NCBI GenBank assembly: GCA_040261535.1
Contig: JBDQNU010000008.1
Coordinates: forward strand, 8,322 to 72,321
Origin: Poseidonia sp.
Lineage (GTDB): Archaea; Thermoplasmatota; Poseidoniia; Poseidoniales; Poseidoniaceae
Direction of reading: 5' to 3'
Length of the DNA stretch: 64,000 bases
Of this stretch, positions 63,201 through 64,000 are shown piece after piece. The position numbers and the translations under genes are program-made. Positions within the stretch are counted from its first letter, which is position 1. Every line of letters starts with the position of its first letter. The notes below the pieces were generated by a model. It searched no databases. It was not told where the DNA came from and saw only the letters and a list, made by a program, of their open reading frames with translations.

Positions 63201-63476
63201 TCACTCCTTCATCAATTTGACTTCAACAGGGAAGTCGGGTTCATCGTGGCGAATCACCATGAGGCGCACTTTGCGAGGAGGGTTTTCAATGCCTCGCTTC
63301 CAAATGAATTCGTTAACCTCGGGGTCAATGTAGAGTTCTTCATCCTCCTTGACTTTGAGGTGGCGGATGACTTGTTCGCGGATGATCTGCATGGCTCTTG
63401 GGGCCCGCTTGTAACGGGTGATGTTCCATGCGTTCCGGAGGGGGACAATAAGCTCGGATTCGTTGGGTCGTGCCAT
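63201..63476 (-). CDS. rpl31e: 50S ribosomal protein L31e
   Basis: LIVPLRNAW...[18 protein letters not shown]...[23 protein letters not shown] matches L31e. Confidence 0.9.
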   Translation of the reverse strand: MARPNESELIVPLRNAWNITRYKRAPRAMQIIREQVIRHLKVKEDEELYIDPEVNEFIWKRGIENPPRKVRLMVIRHDEPDFPVEVKLMKE

Positions 63477-63487
63477 GCTCCGTCACC

Positions 63488-63643
63488 TCATCGTTGCAAC
63501 TTGCTTCGTCGCCATTGGTGGCGCTTTGGGTGCGACACCGTGTTTCGGTCGGTTTTGAGCATGACCCAGACGGGGACACGCCGATTCTGCTTTCCTGCCT
63601 TCAAAAGGCGAATTTTCTTTGCTGCTGGCTTATTTTTTGACAT
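63488..63643 (-). CDS. rpl39e: 50S ribosomal protein L39e
   Basis: ORF 63488..63826 trimmed to [51 protein letters not shown] (51 aa), a classic L39e. Confidence 0.9.
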   Translation of the reverse strand: MSKNKPAAKKIRLLKAGKQNRRVPVWVMLKTDRNTVSHPKRHQWRRSKLQR

Positions 63644-63656
63644 TTCGAGCACCTTC

Positions 63657-64000
63657 TCAGATTCTTCGGATTGACGCATTGCTGCGGCTCTTTGATTGTT
63701 GGCTGAGCATCGACTTGAGCGATGCATCGGATACGGGGGCGGAAAGGTCACCGGATTGACAAAGCGTGACGATGTTTTCTTTGATGGATTGAGCCCGTGA
63801 GGGATCCACCATGGCGATTCGAGCAAGTCTTGACCGCGCTTCAGGCGTCAAGAACTTTCGAAGCAACCCATCGAGGTTTGCAGCGTGGGCTGCTTGTTGT
63901 TGAGCGTGTTCTTCTGCAGCGAGTTGCGTTTGGGCCTGGTTCGCAAGTTGCTCTTGCATGGATTGAAGTCGCTGAGCACGGAGAATGGCCAATTCGTCTT
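63657..64000 (-). CDS. PDCD5/TFAR19-family dsDNA-binding protein; 5' end outside the window
   Basis: ..[17 protein letters not shown]...[41 protein letters not shown] matches the archaeal PDCD5-like family, which commonly precedes L39e-L31e. The frame is open to the window edge. Confidence 0.8.
   Translation of the reverse strand, partial: DELAILRAQRLQSMQEQLANQAQTQLAAEEHAQQQAAHAANLDGLLRKFLTPEARSRLARIAMVDPSRAQSIKENIVTLCQSGDLSAPVSDASLKSMLSQQSKSRSNASIRRI

Overview
This is a dense archaeal chromosomal segment with about 66 genes on both strands and very little non-coding DNA. I saw no CRISPR array, transposase, integrase or rRNA.

Archaeal identity rests on aEF-2, PAN, PriS, aMBF1, Tsr3, Kae1, ribosomal proteins S17e/L31e/L39e, a split transketolase and isopentenyl phosphate kinase. 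The gene content is peptide uptake and degradation, histidine catabolism, menaquinone synthesis via futalosine, a Ta0583/MamK-like actin and a markedly acidic proteome. That is compatible with a heterotrophic marine Thermoplasmatota/Marine-Group-II-like organism, but this placement is inference only.

Recognisable blocks, in order:
- S12-S7-EF2 (str operon)
- a mevalonate/isoprenoid cluster: IPK, an IDI1-GGPPS fusion, then thiolase plus a DUF35-like gene
- an actin-like ATPase with an upstream zinc-ribbon partner
- split tkt plus tal
- an OPT transporter and a P-type ATPase
- mqnC/E-mqnA-mqnD followed by a half-size DOHH-like HEAT protein
- priS
- metG
- split formimidoyltransferase and cyclodeaminase
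- PAN
- mbf1-tsr3-fdhD-ydeP-like-MFS
- an S15 peptidase
- hutU-hutH
- a DUF835 gene divergent from an EF-hand/zinc-ribbon membrane protein
- tRNA-Val(GAC)
- hutI
- kae1
- an FKBP-type PPIase
- methylmalonyl-CoA mutase and epimerase
- an ABC-2 exporter
- a class-III aminotransferase
- an RHH-folE-queE-queC(msrB fusion)-queD preQ0 operon
- the tail of a ribosomal-protein operon: PDCD5-like, L39e, L31e, S17e, a small unknown ORF and a SpoU methyltransferase

The most unusual items are:
- a single-lobe deoxyhypusine-hydroxylase-like protein
- a four-EF-hand, double-zinc-ribbon membrane protein module
- Cys-less variants of QueC (fused to MsrB) and of DUF35
- an IDI1-GGPPS fusion
- an ORF after kae1 whose coding-looking frame has no usable start codon

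All family calls come from motif recognition by eye. No database search, HMM or folding program was run. Start codons are best guesses.
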